A stretch of 64,000 nucleotides of DNA, from positions 11,842,001 to 11,906,000 of the forward strand of contig CM069157.1 in assembly GCA_035221665.1 (NCBI GenBank). The letters run 5' to 3'. A model generated the notes under the pieces. It did no database searches. It was not told the origin of the DNA and saw only the letters and a list, made by a program, of their open reading frames with translations. The translations under genes were made by a program, and so were the position numbers. The first letter of the stretch is position 1. Each line of letters begins with the position of its first letter. Below are positions 12,499 through 24,341 of the stretch, in pieces. This DNA is from Okamejei kenojei. Lineage: Eukaryota.

Positions 12499-15026
12499 CT
12501 AGGAAAAAATAAAACACAAGTGAGGTGACAAGCACAGACCGACATCATGAAGCAGCGAAGGAGAGCAGGCTTCAGCACAATGTCACCTTGGTGCCCGTTT
12601 CAATCCTGGGACAAACCTCAAGGGTAGCAGGACGATTGGGATCTATGGTGTGCAGATGCCTCACGTGCCATACTTCACCCACTATCACTGTACTTTGATG
12701 TAGTAGTTTAAATACTGGAGCTCCCTACTCACGGACCAATGTGCAGCCTTCCATCAGAAGGATTACAGGAGTTCTAGATGGCAGCACATTAGTCTCAAGT
12801 TTAGACAAGCAGCAGATACACATCCTCCAAAGGAATAAAGAAAACTCTCAGTCAAGTGTCACAATATGCTTGCTCTTGATACTGGCAACAGATAAAGCAT
12901 GTGCACTGTGCTTAGGCTCAAGGGATTAGAGTTGCAACAATCCTGCAGTGACACTTAGAGAGAGCTCTACTGCATAAATTGAAACTCAATAAATCTAATC
13001 ACCACTATTTTTTACCCATTAATTACTTTAGGAAGTTTTATTATATTATTTTCAACTTCGCCTCCCTTCCTGAATGCACAGGCTTTCGCTCGCCTGCAGA
13101 TTCACAAGCAATGCTAATTAAGAGGCCATTATTTATGTATACCCTGCCGTGTGTGTTCATAGAATCATACAGCACAGGACACCATTCAGCTCATGGGTTC
13201 TTTGAAAGAGCGATCCAATTAGTCCCATTTGTTTGCTTTGTCTCCTTCAAATTTTGCTCTTTCAAGTATACAAGCAATTCCATTTTAAAAGGTTAGCATT
13301 GAATTTGCTTCAATATCTTAAGGCCATATATTCTAGATCACAACATGCTGCATAAATAGTTCAATTCCTTTTTTGATTCTTTTGCCAATTATTTTTGATG
13401 TACTCTAATAAGCAACCATTTTTTTCAATGGAAACAACTGATTCCAATTTACTTTGTCAAAAACCTTTGTGGCTTTGAGGATGTCCATCAAATCTCCCAT
13501 TAACCTTTTCTGATTTGAGAACAATCTTTGTTCCCCAGTTTCTTTGCAAACTGTCTTCTTTCATCATCACACAATTTCAGAATTGGACACAATAGCTGAA
13601 AGTTTAACTTGTAATTTATAAAGGTTAAGCACAACTGCCTTTGTTTTTGCATTGTTTAGAAAGTGAAGGACCCTTTATATTTCTATTAGAAACATCTTCT
13701 CACCTAATACTAGATACAATATCTCCATGTAGCATCACCACAAGGTCATCCACACAGACATGGATTGATTGGGCCATGTGTTTTGTAAATAGTTTCTGGT
13801 TCTATCAGTAATACTTGCTGCACTTTACACCTGGGAGGGAAACAATCTGCAAACTGACTTAAGGCATGGACTTTCCATTGAAAGACAACTCCTACAAAAT
13901 TATTTTCCCATTAAGATCAGATAACAATTAATCCCTAGAATGGAACAATGCCGCCTTTTAGTCAGCAAATCGTACCAGTGGGCACAACTATTATGCATCA
14001 TTCTCAATGAAGCTCATTCTGATCTGCCCAAACTTTAAACATCAAACCTGTTGAAAGAAACATTTTGCACCAGTTGCATTGCAACCCAATGAATCAGATG
14101 CAGTTATGGACAGCAGTCCAAGGCTGGGGGAGTTCCAAATGAGGTTCCTAATGGTCTAACCAGCAGGGCAAAGGGATAATGTGCCACCTAACATCACCTT
14201 TCTCAACAACCCCTCTTTTGAGCTAAAATAGTTTGATGAAACAATAATTTAATATATTGAACCATAGCATGCAAGACTGATATCACTGTGTTAACATCTA
14301 TAAATAATATGACACACCCAGACTGCAACATTCAAAGAATGAGCTGTGGAGAGGAACAAAACAGATTCCTTTTTATTAGAAAGTACAGAAAAGGCAAGTA
14401 GTAACCACCCCGCTTTTCAAAGTTCTCCACAAGCCTCCTTCCACCTCTCCCCTAGCAAGTCTGGCCTGGTACTCGAGTACTCTAATGCATGCTCCCCGTT
14501 CTTGCACTATCAGGACAAGGTCGAGATTTTAAAGAATATTGTTAATTAATAAAGGCACAGCATGGTAACTCAGGGTGATGTGGCTCAAATACAATTCAGA
14601 GAAGGAATCATTGCACCAAGGGATTCCATGCATTTTGACCGGCTTAAATACCACATCCGGTAGCAGTGCCAAATTTCTTGCTAATATTTCAGATGTACAG
14701 GCTTCCAAAAATATCAGAAGAGCAGCAAAGAAAGCATGCATAGTAGCCAGAGCACTTGGAAGACACCAAAACTTGTAAATGCTAAATTCAGTTTTAATAT
14801 TGCATTTTGTCTGGGCTTTGAGTCCATCCAAAATCAACCAATGCCTGGAGTCACCACAGGAATAAGTTTATTCTATCTGGATAGTTCACCAGGCAGTGGT
14901 ACTACATTTTAACCTGCCGTGTCAAAATTAAACTCATTTCTCGGATTTCGATCTCAAACTCTATGCTTAGCAACCTGATTTTCCCCATATTCAAGGTTTA
15001 TTTTTGGTCTCATGTAGTTTACTTAC

Positions 15027-15157
15027 CTGAGATAACGTGAAGGTGGCTACACTGCTATCATCGTACAATAAAATATTAATGGTGTCCAAGGCCCATGTAC
15101 TTTCAGCCAGGAGGCCAGATTTAAGGGACATCATCACCCGCCAAGCCTCTGGGGTGC
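15027..15157 (-). CDS. ARID1A: ARID1A exon 19 equivalent ([43 protein letters not shown])
   Basis: ccattcccag|GCA acceptor, CAG|gtaagt donor, 131 nt; invariant ARID1/Osa motif. Confidence 0.96.
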
Positions 15158-15983
15158 CTGGGAATGGAACAAAGAATGATGCTGAAACCACAATCTGGGA
15201 AAGACCTACCACATGAACACATGTCCAACACATGCATTAAACATTATTGCAATATCTCTCCTTCTACATTGTAATACTATGGTCAATATTACTGCTCGAA
15301 AGACCGATTTATAATTCAAATGTGCAGGAACCAACTGATCCATCTGATTTCAATCCCAAACTTTGCTGAAAAATCAGACCCCATTTCTCTGCAACATGGT
15401 TTACTCAGAGCATGGATAGGATTGTTCCTTCACCCAAATGTGTGGAAGTGACTACGTTATCATTGAACATCACAATGCTCATGGCAAAGATACTCAAGAT
15501 AAAACATTGTGTTGTTCGCTTCAAGCCCACAGATGCTACATTTTTCTTGTCTTTGTATCTTCATTGAACACTGCATCATTCCATCTCCATATTAACTCAT
15601 GAATTCTCCGTACTCAGAACAAAGGGTATCTCCCCTTTTCTCCATTTTCTACACGGTCGAAATCCCATCTGAATATGAACCAACTACTTCTCAAATCGCC
15701 CAGCAGACCACTCCACTCAATAACTTAAAACCTCTTAACAAATGAGATACTAATACTATTTTGTTTGGTCAACTGACAGGATGTGGTATTGGAGGCACCC
15801 ACTTGACCCACTAAACCCGCGCTGGCTCTTTTCCCAGAATCCTTACACCAGACTTGCTCCACAACTAATTTTTCTCGAAATGTTGAGCATTTGACTGCTA
15901 AGGGAAGTAAAGTAAATTCTAGTAGTCCTGAACTCATTCTCTAACTTCACATCTGGCTTTGTGGAGGGTCTAGGGCCAGGCTT

Positions 15984-16004
15984 GCAGCAGCAGCAGCAGC
16001 AGCA
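15984..16004. repeat. (GCA)7 microsatellite in intron 18
   Basis: gcagcagcagcagcagcagca. Confidence 0.9.
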
Positions 16005-16585
16005 CTAAGCCAAAGTGGATAAGCTCCATTCACTAAGCCTTAATCAGAATCTGTTGTCCAGATCTACAGCAAATTCCTCAATGGAGGTAGATCAAAGAAA
16101 GGATCAGTCACTTGTACCAAAGGTCATAGAGCAACATCAATGTCACAGCAACATCAGACTCTAAACATGTGTTAAAATAGCAAAGTTAGTTTATTGCTCG
16201 CTCATCTCAAATTTAAAGCATTATTAAGCTTACAGAAAATATAACTATTAACTGTGCATCTTTCAAAGAAAGTAAAAAGTGCCACAAATTCAAGCTGATT
16301 GGACTACATTTAAAGATACAGCAAACCACCACAGTTACATGCAAACACAGAAGCTTAAACTGAGAATCTTACCCAGAATTAACACAATGGATATATTGAA
16401 CTGCACATTTAATCTGTGTCATATCTAATCAAAGCTCTGATTCCAAAATACCTAAATTCACCTAAATACCAAAATTACAGGGGGAAAAACAAGTTCCATT
16501 TTACTTGGACTTAATTTAGTATTAGGAAAGAGCTCCCAATCTAATTGATCTGAGCAATGACTACTACCATTTAAATATCACTTAC

Positions 16586-17378
16586 CAACGTCCTTGGTGG
16601 TGAGTCTCCGGCGAGGTTTCAGGGCTGGCTGAGATGCTTCAACTGATCCAGGAGGGAACGTGATGTCTCGTCTTATCAGTGGTGGCTGCACAGAGGGCCC
16701 AGAAATATGAGATGCAGGCATGGGGGGTCCAACTTTTTGCATCTTCATTCCTGAATAGATAAATGGCGATTTGCTGGGTGAAGTGCGGTTTTCCAGTGGT
16801 CTCTGCATGGGAGCTGGACTGGACACTTGGGAAATATGATTTGGCACTGACGGAGGAGTTTGGTAGGTAGACTGTGATGGTCTTGTAATTGGTGGAAGAG
16901 GTGCAGAAGGGGTGAAAGATTGCTGACGCTGGTTAACATGGGAAGCCCATTGGCCTTCATGGTTCATTCTCTGATCAGGTCCAATCATCTCCTCGGAACG
17001 ATTCATGCTGTGATATGCTGGAGCTTGTGGTGGAGTGCCAGGACCTTGTCGGTTGGGATAGTTGTACGTCATGTCATTTCGCCCCGGCCACACCGTTCCT
17101 TGTGGTCCTTCTGGTGGTGACTGCAATGGACCTCCCATCATCTGTGGGGGCACTGGCTGTGAAGTGGCTGCGCCAGGGGGACCTTGCATTCTCTCTCTGC
17201 CATACTGAAATGGAAACTGATTCTGCACTGGCCGGCGATCAGTACCTGGATAGGCATTGCTATACTGGTTATACATATCTTGCTGTGATTGCTGGGCAGT
17301 GTAGGACATTCCATATATTTCACCCTCATGTCTCTTGGCCGGAGGCCCATACGTTCCATCCATTTGTCGCTTGAAGTT
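16586..17378 (-). CDS. ARID1A: ARID1A exon 18 equivalent ([20 protein letters not shown]...[30 protein letters not shown])
   Basis: ttttgtcag|AAC acceptor, TTG|gtaagt donor, 793 nt; within ORF 16578..17396. Confidence 0.95.
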
Positions 17379-18250
17379 CTGACAAAAATTATACAAGAGT
17401 GTTCAGCTTTCTTAAATTTCTTAAAATAAAATGATTCTAGCAGCATAAAATCTGAACCTTAAAATAGGCAACTGTGCAATCCAGAGATCATTTAATCTAG
17501 TAACTTAATCTTGCTGAAAAGTCACTTCATTAACTTTAGGTACTTAAGAATCAGCCCTGGAATTTCATCCCTGAACCCCCCATAATAAAGTAGGCTCTAA
17601 AGAAATGAGTGTTTACATTGTTGGAATGTTTGGCTACGTTTTGAGGTTTGGCCTAATTTTCTCTCCTAAATGATTAGTTCACTCCCTCAGCTATGAATAA
17701 TATCTATTGTGCAAATTGGCAGATTGCAACCAATTGCTGAACTGCACTGCAAGTAGTTGTGCCCCAATTAAACTTTCTACTGCCCTGTATTTGTAAATTG
17801 GGAAAGGTCCCTCAACCCTAATTATTTCCCTCCAATTTATATTCCTCAAATCAAGGCACAACAGTTTACTGATTTCAGTCTTGAAATGTGTAACCAATCT
17901 ACAGCATCAAATTATTTAGGGAAAGCTTTTCACACTTCATCATCTTGTGTAAAAAATGTTTGTTCTAACTTTACTCGTGAAAATTATATCCCGTGCGCTA
18001 TATTCCCCCACCACTGATTTGGCTGACCTGCATTTATAATTTTTAATAGCATCAGATCATCCATCACATTTAAGGAAATACAAGCTGCAATCTTACAGCA
18101 TCTCCTCTTAATTCCTGGAGCTTTGGTTAACTTTCTAAAAAATATATATATCAATCCTCCATCGCTAATATATTCTTTAATTGAGCTTTCCAAAACAAAA
18201 GTCAAGAAACTTTGTTGGACACTATATGAAGTAATACTTCCTTTCCTGCG

Positions 18251-18428
18251 GAGAAAAAACTGCAGATGCTGGTTTACAAAACAGGATATTCAGCAGGTCA
18301 GGCAGAATCCCTGGAGAACATAGATAAGTGACGTTTCGGGTCAGGACTCTTCTTCAGACTGAAGAGTCCAGACCCGAAGCATCACCTTTCCATGTTTTCC
18401 AGGGATGCTGACTAACTTGCTGAGTTAC
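18251..18428. mobile_element. Fold-back (tail-to-tail inverted) Penelope-derived element
   Basis: Arms about 18290-18358 and 18359-18423 are reverse complements centred on cttcagactgaag. Confidence 0.75.
18327..18360 (-). ncRNA. Minimal hammerhead ribozyme motif (near-intact)
   Basis: Minus strand AGU-CUGAAGA-A-GAGUC(CU)GACCC-GAAAC-GUC-ACU: 3-bp helix I and one stem II mismatch. Confidence 0.5.
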
Positions 18429-18507
18429 CTTACCTAAGTCACTTCCTCTCCATTGAGAAATTCCTTTGAGATAAACAGTTGATCATTGTTCTTCCTATCT
18501 GTACACA

Positions 18508-18745
18508 GCTGGTATCAGGCAACTGAACCATCCTATCACCAACCAGAGAGCCGTTCCCATCTATCTCAATGGACACCTTCAAACTATCTTTAATTGGACT
18601 TTACTGGATTGTATATTGCTATACCCTTTCTGTCTCTGTACACTGATGGTAATCATGTATAGTCTTTTTGCTGACTGGATAGCACATACCAAAAAAAATG
18701 CATTTCACTGTACCTCGGTACACATAATAATAATAATAAACAAAA
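18508..18745 (+). mobile_element. Rex1/Babar-type LINE 3' end
   Basis: gctggtatcaggcaactgaacc...tttcactgtacctcggtacacataataataa; homologous to 27358-27645. Confidence 0.6.
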
Positions 18746-18805
18746 CTAGCATTTAATGCTTTGTAAAACTCAGCATCTAAATCTACTAATTTCTCCATAA
18801 CAATT

Positions 18806-19108
18806 AGTTTATTAGAATTTAGGTTAGAGATGCAGAATGGAAACAGGCCCATTGTCGCTTTGAGTCCAGACCAACCATCGATTAGCTGTTCACACTAATT
18901 TTATATCATCCCACTTTCTCATCCACACCCTACACACTAGGGTCAATCGACAGCGGCCAATTAACCTACAACCCCACCTTGTCATTGGGATGTTGGAGAA
19001 ACCAGAGCACCGGGAGAAAACCCACAGTCACAGGGAGAACGTGCAAACTCCAGACAGGATGGAACCGGATCTCTGACGCCGTGAAGTGGTAACTCTGGTA
19101 GCTGCGCC
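18806..19108 (-). mobile_element. tRNA-derived SINE (HE1/V-SINE-like)
   Basis: Minus strand has a tRNA-like head (cagagatccggttccatcctg), body ggagtttgcacgttctccctgtgactgtggg, and a CR1-like tail. Confidence 0.75.
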
Positions 19109-19621
19109 TTTCTTCTACCCTTAAAATATTCCTATTTGTTTTTCTCATGTTCAAAGTGGATAAGCTCCATTCATTTCATCTGTGCTCCACTGATGTAGAG
19201 ATGCCAAAGTACATAAACTGGTGCAAAGATATATCAAACTTATTAGATACATTTCACTTCCAGCTCAATTCAGCAACAATGGGTTAACTAATGGCTAAGA
19301 GTTTTTCTGAAAGTCTGATTACATCAGTACAGATGGCTGTGTGTGTATCAGGAGATATTCAGGGAGGATTAGCCCGACAAATGTAGATTAGATTTCCTCT
19401 GCTCTATTTTGCTAATAACCATTAAGCGACATACAAACCTGTTATGTAAGCACTGGAACCAAGTACATCTGAAGATGACCAACTACATCTGCTTCAACAA
19501 ATGGCAACATTTAAAAACAGGAGCTATTTGGTTGTAGCTGACCAGACTAACATGTCCTTCTGTTTTTTTATGTAAGAATTCCATGCTGAATTTAATCAGC
19601 CCAAAATTCCAGGGTACTTAC

Positions 19622-19715
19622 TTGCTGTTGTGGAAACATTCCAGGTTGCTGGTTAGAATAAGACTGTCCAGCTGGAGCTCCCTGTCCAGAGTACTGACTT
19701 CCATAAGGATCATGC
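19622..19715 (-). CDS. ARID1A: ARID1A exon 17 equivalent (HDPYGSQYSGQGAPAGQSYSNQQPGMFPQQQ)
   Basis: aaaaccag|GCA acceptor, CAA|gtaagt donor, 94 nt. Confidence 0.9.
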
Positions 19716-20270
19716 CTGGTTTTATGGTTTGTGGAAAGGCAAGAGTAAAATTAAAATTAGTAGCTGCAGCCACAACACTGACAAAATAACTCCCACTAGA
19801 GTTTTCTACTTGAAATGTTAACTCTTGGTAGGAAGTATTGAGCAGACCCATCAAGTGATAATTGGCCTGCTGGGAGAGAACTGCAAGTTAGGAAAAGACT
19901 GTCAACCATTAATATTTCTGATCCTTTTACATGCAGTAATTTCAAAACAAAAGGATTGTGTTTCTGTTGCACACTACTCTGGCCCTAATGCATTTCTACA
20001 GCTGACAAGGAAATCAAAATTGGTCCTTAACCAATGGCTCACAGTTTGACAAAATACCACCCTGGGCTCAGTAATCAAAAGCAGAATTAAAGAAATAACA
20101 CTTTATGCTTTCTAAAAATTGCTGGCTCATCTTCTTCTTTGACTTATGCAAATCATCTACCACACTTAACATTCAGCAGAGATTTCTGATTAAAAGGTGA
20201 AACATTCTGAATGTAACATGTGCAAAAAACATTCCACTTTTAAGAAACAACTTAAGCATTCCACACTTAC

Positions 20271-20375
20271 CGCTGCTGGGCTTGATAACGATTTGGAGAA
20301 TACATGCTGGAATCTGCATTGACTGACACCACACTAGGTTGTACTGTTCCCTCTGGACCCATTCCATGTTCTGAC
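20271..20375 (-). CDS. ARID1A: ARID1A exon 16 equivalent (SEHGMGPEGTVQPSVVSVNADSSMYSPNRYQAQQR)
   Basis: tttacttag|GTC acceptor, GCG|gtaagt donor, 105 nt; MYSPNRY motif. Confidence 0.9.
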
Positions 20376-21254
20376 CTAAGTAAATAAAGTTGAAGGAAAG
20401 CACAAGATTAAAGTTTGGGCTGGTGGTTGAGAGGGCAGGTTAGAACCATTCTAGATACAACATTCCACCATCAACTGACATGAATTGGAACCTAAAGAAT
20501 AATGAAACTCTGGGGATAAATTTTGCAAAACCAATGTCTGCTACAGGAGAAAATTCAAGATTCATCTTACTCAGTGATTTAGCCTTTGGTTTCTGTAATA
20601 CATTTGTGATTTAAGACTTAAAAAGAATACATGGTAGAGAAAATTGCATACAAGATCAAATATTGGCTGTGTGAATTACAGTGGAAGAAAGCTTCAGGCT
20701 TCAGGAAGAGAGAAAGTGTCCCATTTGTTGGACAGAAAAGTAGGATAAGGAATTTAGTCCCAATGCGAGGTAAACATTTGGGAAGTACAAAAAGCCTTGG
20801 GAAGAGGACATTAAGTAGTGCAGAGAAAAAGGGACCTTGAAATGCAAGTCTACAGATTCTCAAAGAAAGCAGGATAGGTCAATATGGTAGTTAAAAACAT
20901 TCTGGATGCATTCCTTTCATAGGCATGAGAAAGAGTCGTGCAAGAGTCGGACGCTTATGCTACAACTTTGCGAGTGAAAACATGCAAATTAATGAGGACA
21001 TTTTCAGGAGTGGAAAAATACAGCAATAAAAAAGTGCAAACACACTACAGTTTACTCGGAACCGAATAGACACTCAAATGATTTATAAAAATTATGAACA
21101 GTTTTTTAACAGAATGGCCTCATCAAAATATATTGGATGCAATCGTTTATTAGCCGCGGCAAAGTATTTATAATAAACGAGTTCAACTTCATAAATAAAG
21201 TGTAACTTTCGTTACCATTTAGCAATTAACAGTTAACCCCAGAGGAAGTTATGG

Positions 21255-21660
21255 AGTCAAGAGTCATAGAGCTCTACAGCACGGAAACAATACCTTTGGT
21301 CTACCTTGTTTGCCATGCTGATCAAGTTGGCATGCTGAGGTTGTCTCATTTCTCTACATTTGGCCCAGAGCCGTCTAAATCCCTCCTATCCACATCTGTC
21401 TAAATGTCTTTTAAAAGTCATAATTATATCTGCTTTTATAGTTTCCTTTGGTACCTCATTTCAGATACGGACTATCCTGAATGGAAAAAGTTGCAGGGAT
21501 CTCTCTTATAACTCTCCCCTCTCACTAAAACTGTCCCCAGGGGAAAAGACCAAGTGTTCACTTTATTCATAACCCCCATGATCTTTATTCATAACCCTCA
21601 TGATCTTTATTCATAACCCTCATGAACCCTCCATAACGTCACCCCTCAGAATCCTACACT
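21255..21660 (-). mobile_element. Decayed CR1-type LINE 3' fragment containing a 22-bp tandem triplication
   Basis: gagtcatagagctctacagcacggaaac...; tandem array at 21561-21626. Confidence 0.6.
21561..21626. repeat. 22-bp tandem repeat x3 (ctttattcataaccctcatgat)
   Basis: Three consecutive near-identical units. Confidence 0.9.
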
Positions 21661-21701
21661 CCAAGCAGAGTATGTTAGTGTTTGTTACTCCAAACATTTA
21701 C

Positions 21702-21834
21702 CTCCTTTCAAATCCAGATCCATATGCATACTGCTGGCGTGGCCCCATCCCTGTTGCCGGAGGGCGATTGTAAGGGTCTCCCATTCCAGCATTGGGAGAG
21801 GGTCCAGTTGACATGAAAGGATCTTGTCCAGGAG
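21702..21834 (-). CDS. ARID1A: ARID1A exon 15 equivalent ([26 protein letters not shown]...[10 protein letters not shown])
   Basis: ctgcctacag|CTC acceptor, GAG|gtaaat donor, 133 nt, frame compatible with neighbours. Confidence 0.9.
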
Positions 21835-23513
21835 CTGTAGGCAGAAAGATACATTACAAAGAAGAGGGAATCAGCTGGCTCTGAAGGTCAAAAAGAACAT
21901 GGCTGATCTGCCTTAACTCTACTTCCTGCACTATTCTCCATATCCCCGAAAATAAATATACTCAATTAATCATCCAGACAATTCCAAAAAATTTTGTCCC
22001 CAAAATAGTTGTAATACTCGGAGTCTTTATTTTGGGTCTGGTGATCCTAATTTTTAGATTTTCTATCGAGGAGTCCAAAAATTGGGGGGTAGAGTCTCAG
22101 AATATGTATTAAGCTATTTAGAACTGAAATTGAGAAAATGTATTATTAGATCAGTTGGCTGGAAGATTTCTTAAGTTTTATTTATTGATGGCACGTCATT
22201 TTACCTAGTTAGGACAATGCTCTAAGCTGCAATAATAGTATAGTGGCACTAGAGTTTGTCAGGTATAGATAAATAGTAACGCAATAAAAGGACAGATGAT
22301 GGTTATGGGGAGATAAAGTTGTTGTAAGGACCATGAAAATCCAGAGAATGCAGCTGTTCTGCTGGGAGCCGGCCTGCACCTGATGGGCTGAATGGCTCTC
22401 TTTTGCATCTCAAAAAATAACTTCATCAGGTTAGCTTTTCTTTGTAGGTACACCTGATGCTGATCCTGACACACGCTAACTTTCAAACATGGGTTGATAT
22501 ATGCAGAGTTAAAAGTAATGTTCTAGTGAGGGGGCATGCCATGTACTACAGATTATGATACGATTGAAATTTACTACAGGAACAGACCACAACATTGCAT
22601 GGATCCCCAGTTTTGAGACGCTAGGTCTGCCTAGATTTATCCTAAGGTAGTGATGCCAAGCAGCGCAGGATGCTCTTGGTGCAAGGACAGGATTTTGTGG
22701 CAGCCACAAGCATCACAGTAGTCATGGACCAATATTAACTTACAGGATAGTTGACAAAAGTCTGTTAAGATGTCATTGTGGGAGGGGGGGGGGAAGAGAA
22801 AAAAAACAAAATCAGTGGAATTCCATGCAGTCATGGGAAAAACTCCTGAGCATTCACCCGACCGAGGTCAGGATCAAACTTGGAGCCATGCGACAGAAGT
22901 ATTAACCATTTTTTATCATATCATATTTTCCCTTTCATCGATTTTTCAGTCGTCCTTTGCAAAATTGTTTAAATTTGTTTAAATTGTTTAAACAAAAATT
23001 GTTTAAAAAACCTCCAAGGAGACAATGCCGACCTAGCCTGTCAAATGGTGAGCTAATGCCCATTGCCAAAAACCTATTTCACCTCACATCCTCATACATA
23101 TCCTGTCATGCAGCTGATGTTAATGTCAAACAGCAATTATAATGTTTAATTTCAGTAGTTGAACCAGTTGCAGAACAAGTAGTGGAGTATATGGGGTAGT
23201 TCCATATTCGCAGGAGTTTTGTGCAGTTTTAGTTAGTTTTAATTAGTTTTCTGACACAAAACTACTGTAAGTTCACTTTTATTTCCTCTCCTTTGTTTCT
23301 TAATTCCATCAAGATCAAAATAGATTGTACAACTTGATTTTTAAGCTATGAATTTGAGCATGACAGATGAAAATACAACTATAACCTGCAAGATCACGAT
23401 TTACAAGATCAATACCTCTGAGTGTCAAAAAGTTCAACCTGTAAACCAAGTTCATTGGTCATTTCATAAAATGTTTCTATTTTAGGAAATTAATCTTAAA
23501 ACATTACTCCTAC

Positions 23514-23686
23514 CTTTCCTCATCCCACCAAATGGATCCTTGTTCGGTTCATATGGCATACGAACCATTAGGTCTGTGGTATTCATGCTGGGGGGGTAGG
23601 TTGGGTTTTGAGAAACAGCAGTCCTCTTTTGGAAAGCCGGGTCACTGGTGTCTGCAAATGGATCCTGGACACTCACAGAGTTGTTT
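23514..23686 (-). CDS. ARID1A: ARID1A exon 14 equivalent ([21 protein letters not shown]...[13 protein letters not shown])
   Basis: acattcag|AAA acceptor, AAG|gtagga donor, 173 nt. Confidence 0.93.
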
Positions 23687-23954
23687 CTGAATGTTAACAA
23701 AACACAAATTAGATAAACACAGATCTTTTATAATTTGTTATTTTTTTCCAAACAGCAACTGACAAACAGATGGCTTTAGTTAATATTGGATAGTAATATG
23801 GGATAATGGGAAAAGCAACCAGTTTAACTGGACAGTCACACCCTCCTTGCCATTGGGCCATCTATCATTCAAATCTGCTAACTACACTTGGCGCTAGTGC
23901 ATCTTGCATCATAAAAGCAGTTTGTAGTTTGCTCTTTCCTCCGAGTTGCCGGCT

Positions 23955-24050
23955 CTGAAGAAGGGTCGCAACCCAAAACGTCACCCATTCCTTCTCTCCA
24001 GAGATGCTGCCTTTCCCGCTGTGTTACTCCAGCAGATAGTGTGTCTATCT
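23955..24050 (+). mobile_element. Penelope-type terminal repeat with hammerhead motif (G12>A, probably inactive)
   Basis: ctgaagaagggtcgcaacccaaaacgtcacccattcc. Confidence 0.75.
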
Positions 24051-24208
24051 CACACTATCAACCTTTGCTTTGGGAATTGATGAAGTGAAGTAAACACAAC
24101 TCCATCACTATTCCACAATCAACAATTTCAAGAAACGTGATTGCATCGAAATTTTCAATCAGGTTGTTCAACATGAACTGGTACCTCGTACATGACCATC
24201 TTAATTAC

Positions 24209-24341
24209 CTGGATCCTGGCATTGGCTGCATATGGCTATGGGGTGTTGAGACGGGCGTTGGTGGTTTTAAATCTCCTCCTTCTGCCATTGAGCTGCTGGT
24301 GGACTGTGGGGTCTGAGGGCCCTGCAGTGAACCTGAACCAG
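24209..24341 (-). CDS. ARID1A: ARID1A exon 13 equivalent ([36 protein letters not shown]...)
   Basis: ttattgcag|CTG acceptor, CAG|gtaatt donor, 133 nt. Confidence 0.93.

Noticed and set aside
10817-12502. Plus-strand ORFs (e.g. 218 aa at 11846..12502)
   Set aside because: Antisense shadows of the ARID1A terminal exon; no independent protein features
21561-21626. CRISPR-like array
   Set aside because: Contiguous tandem units without spacers, in a eukaryotic intron
22961-23006. (AAATTGTTT)n cluster resembling FOX sites
   Set aside because: Most simply a low-complexity slippage repeat
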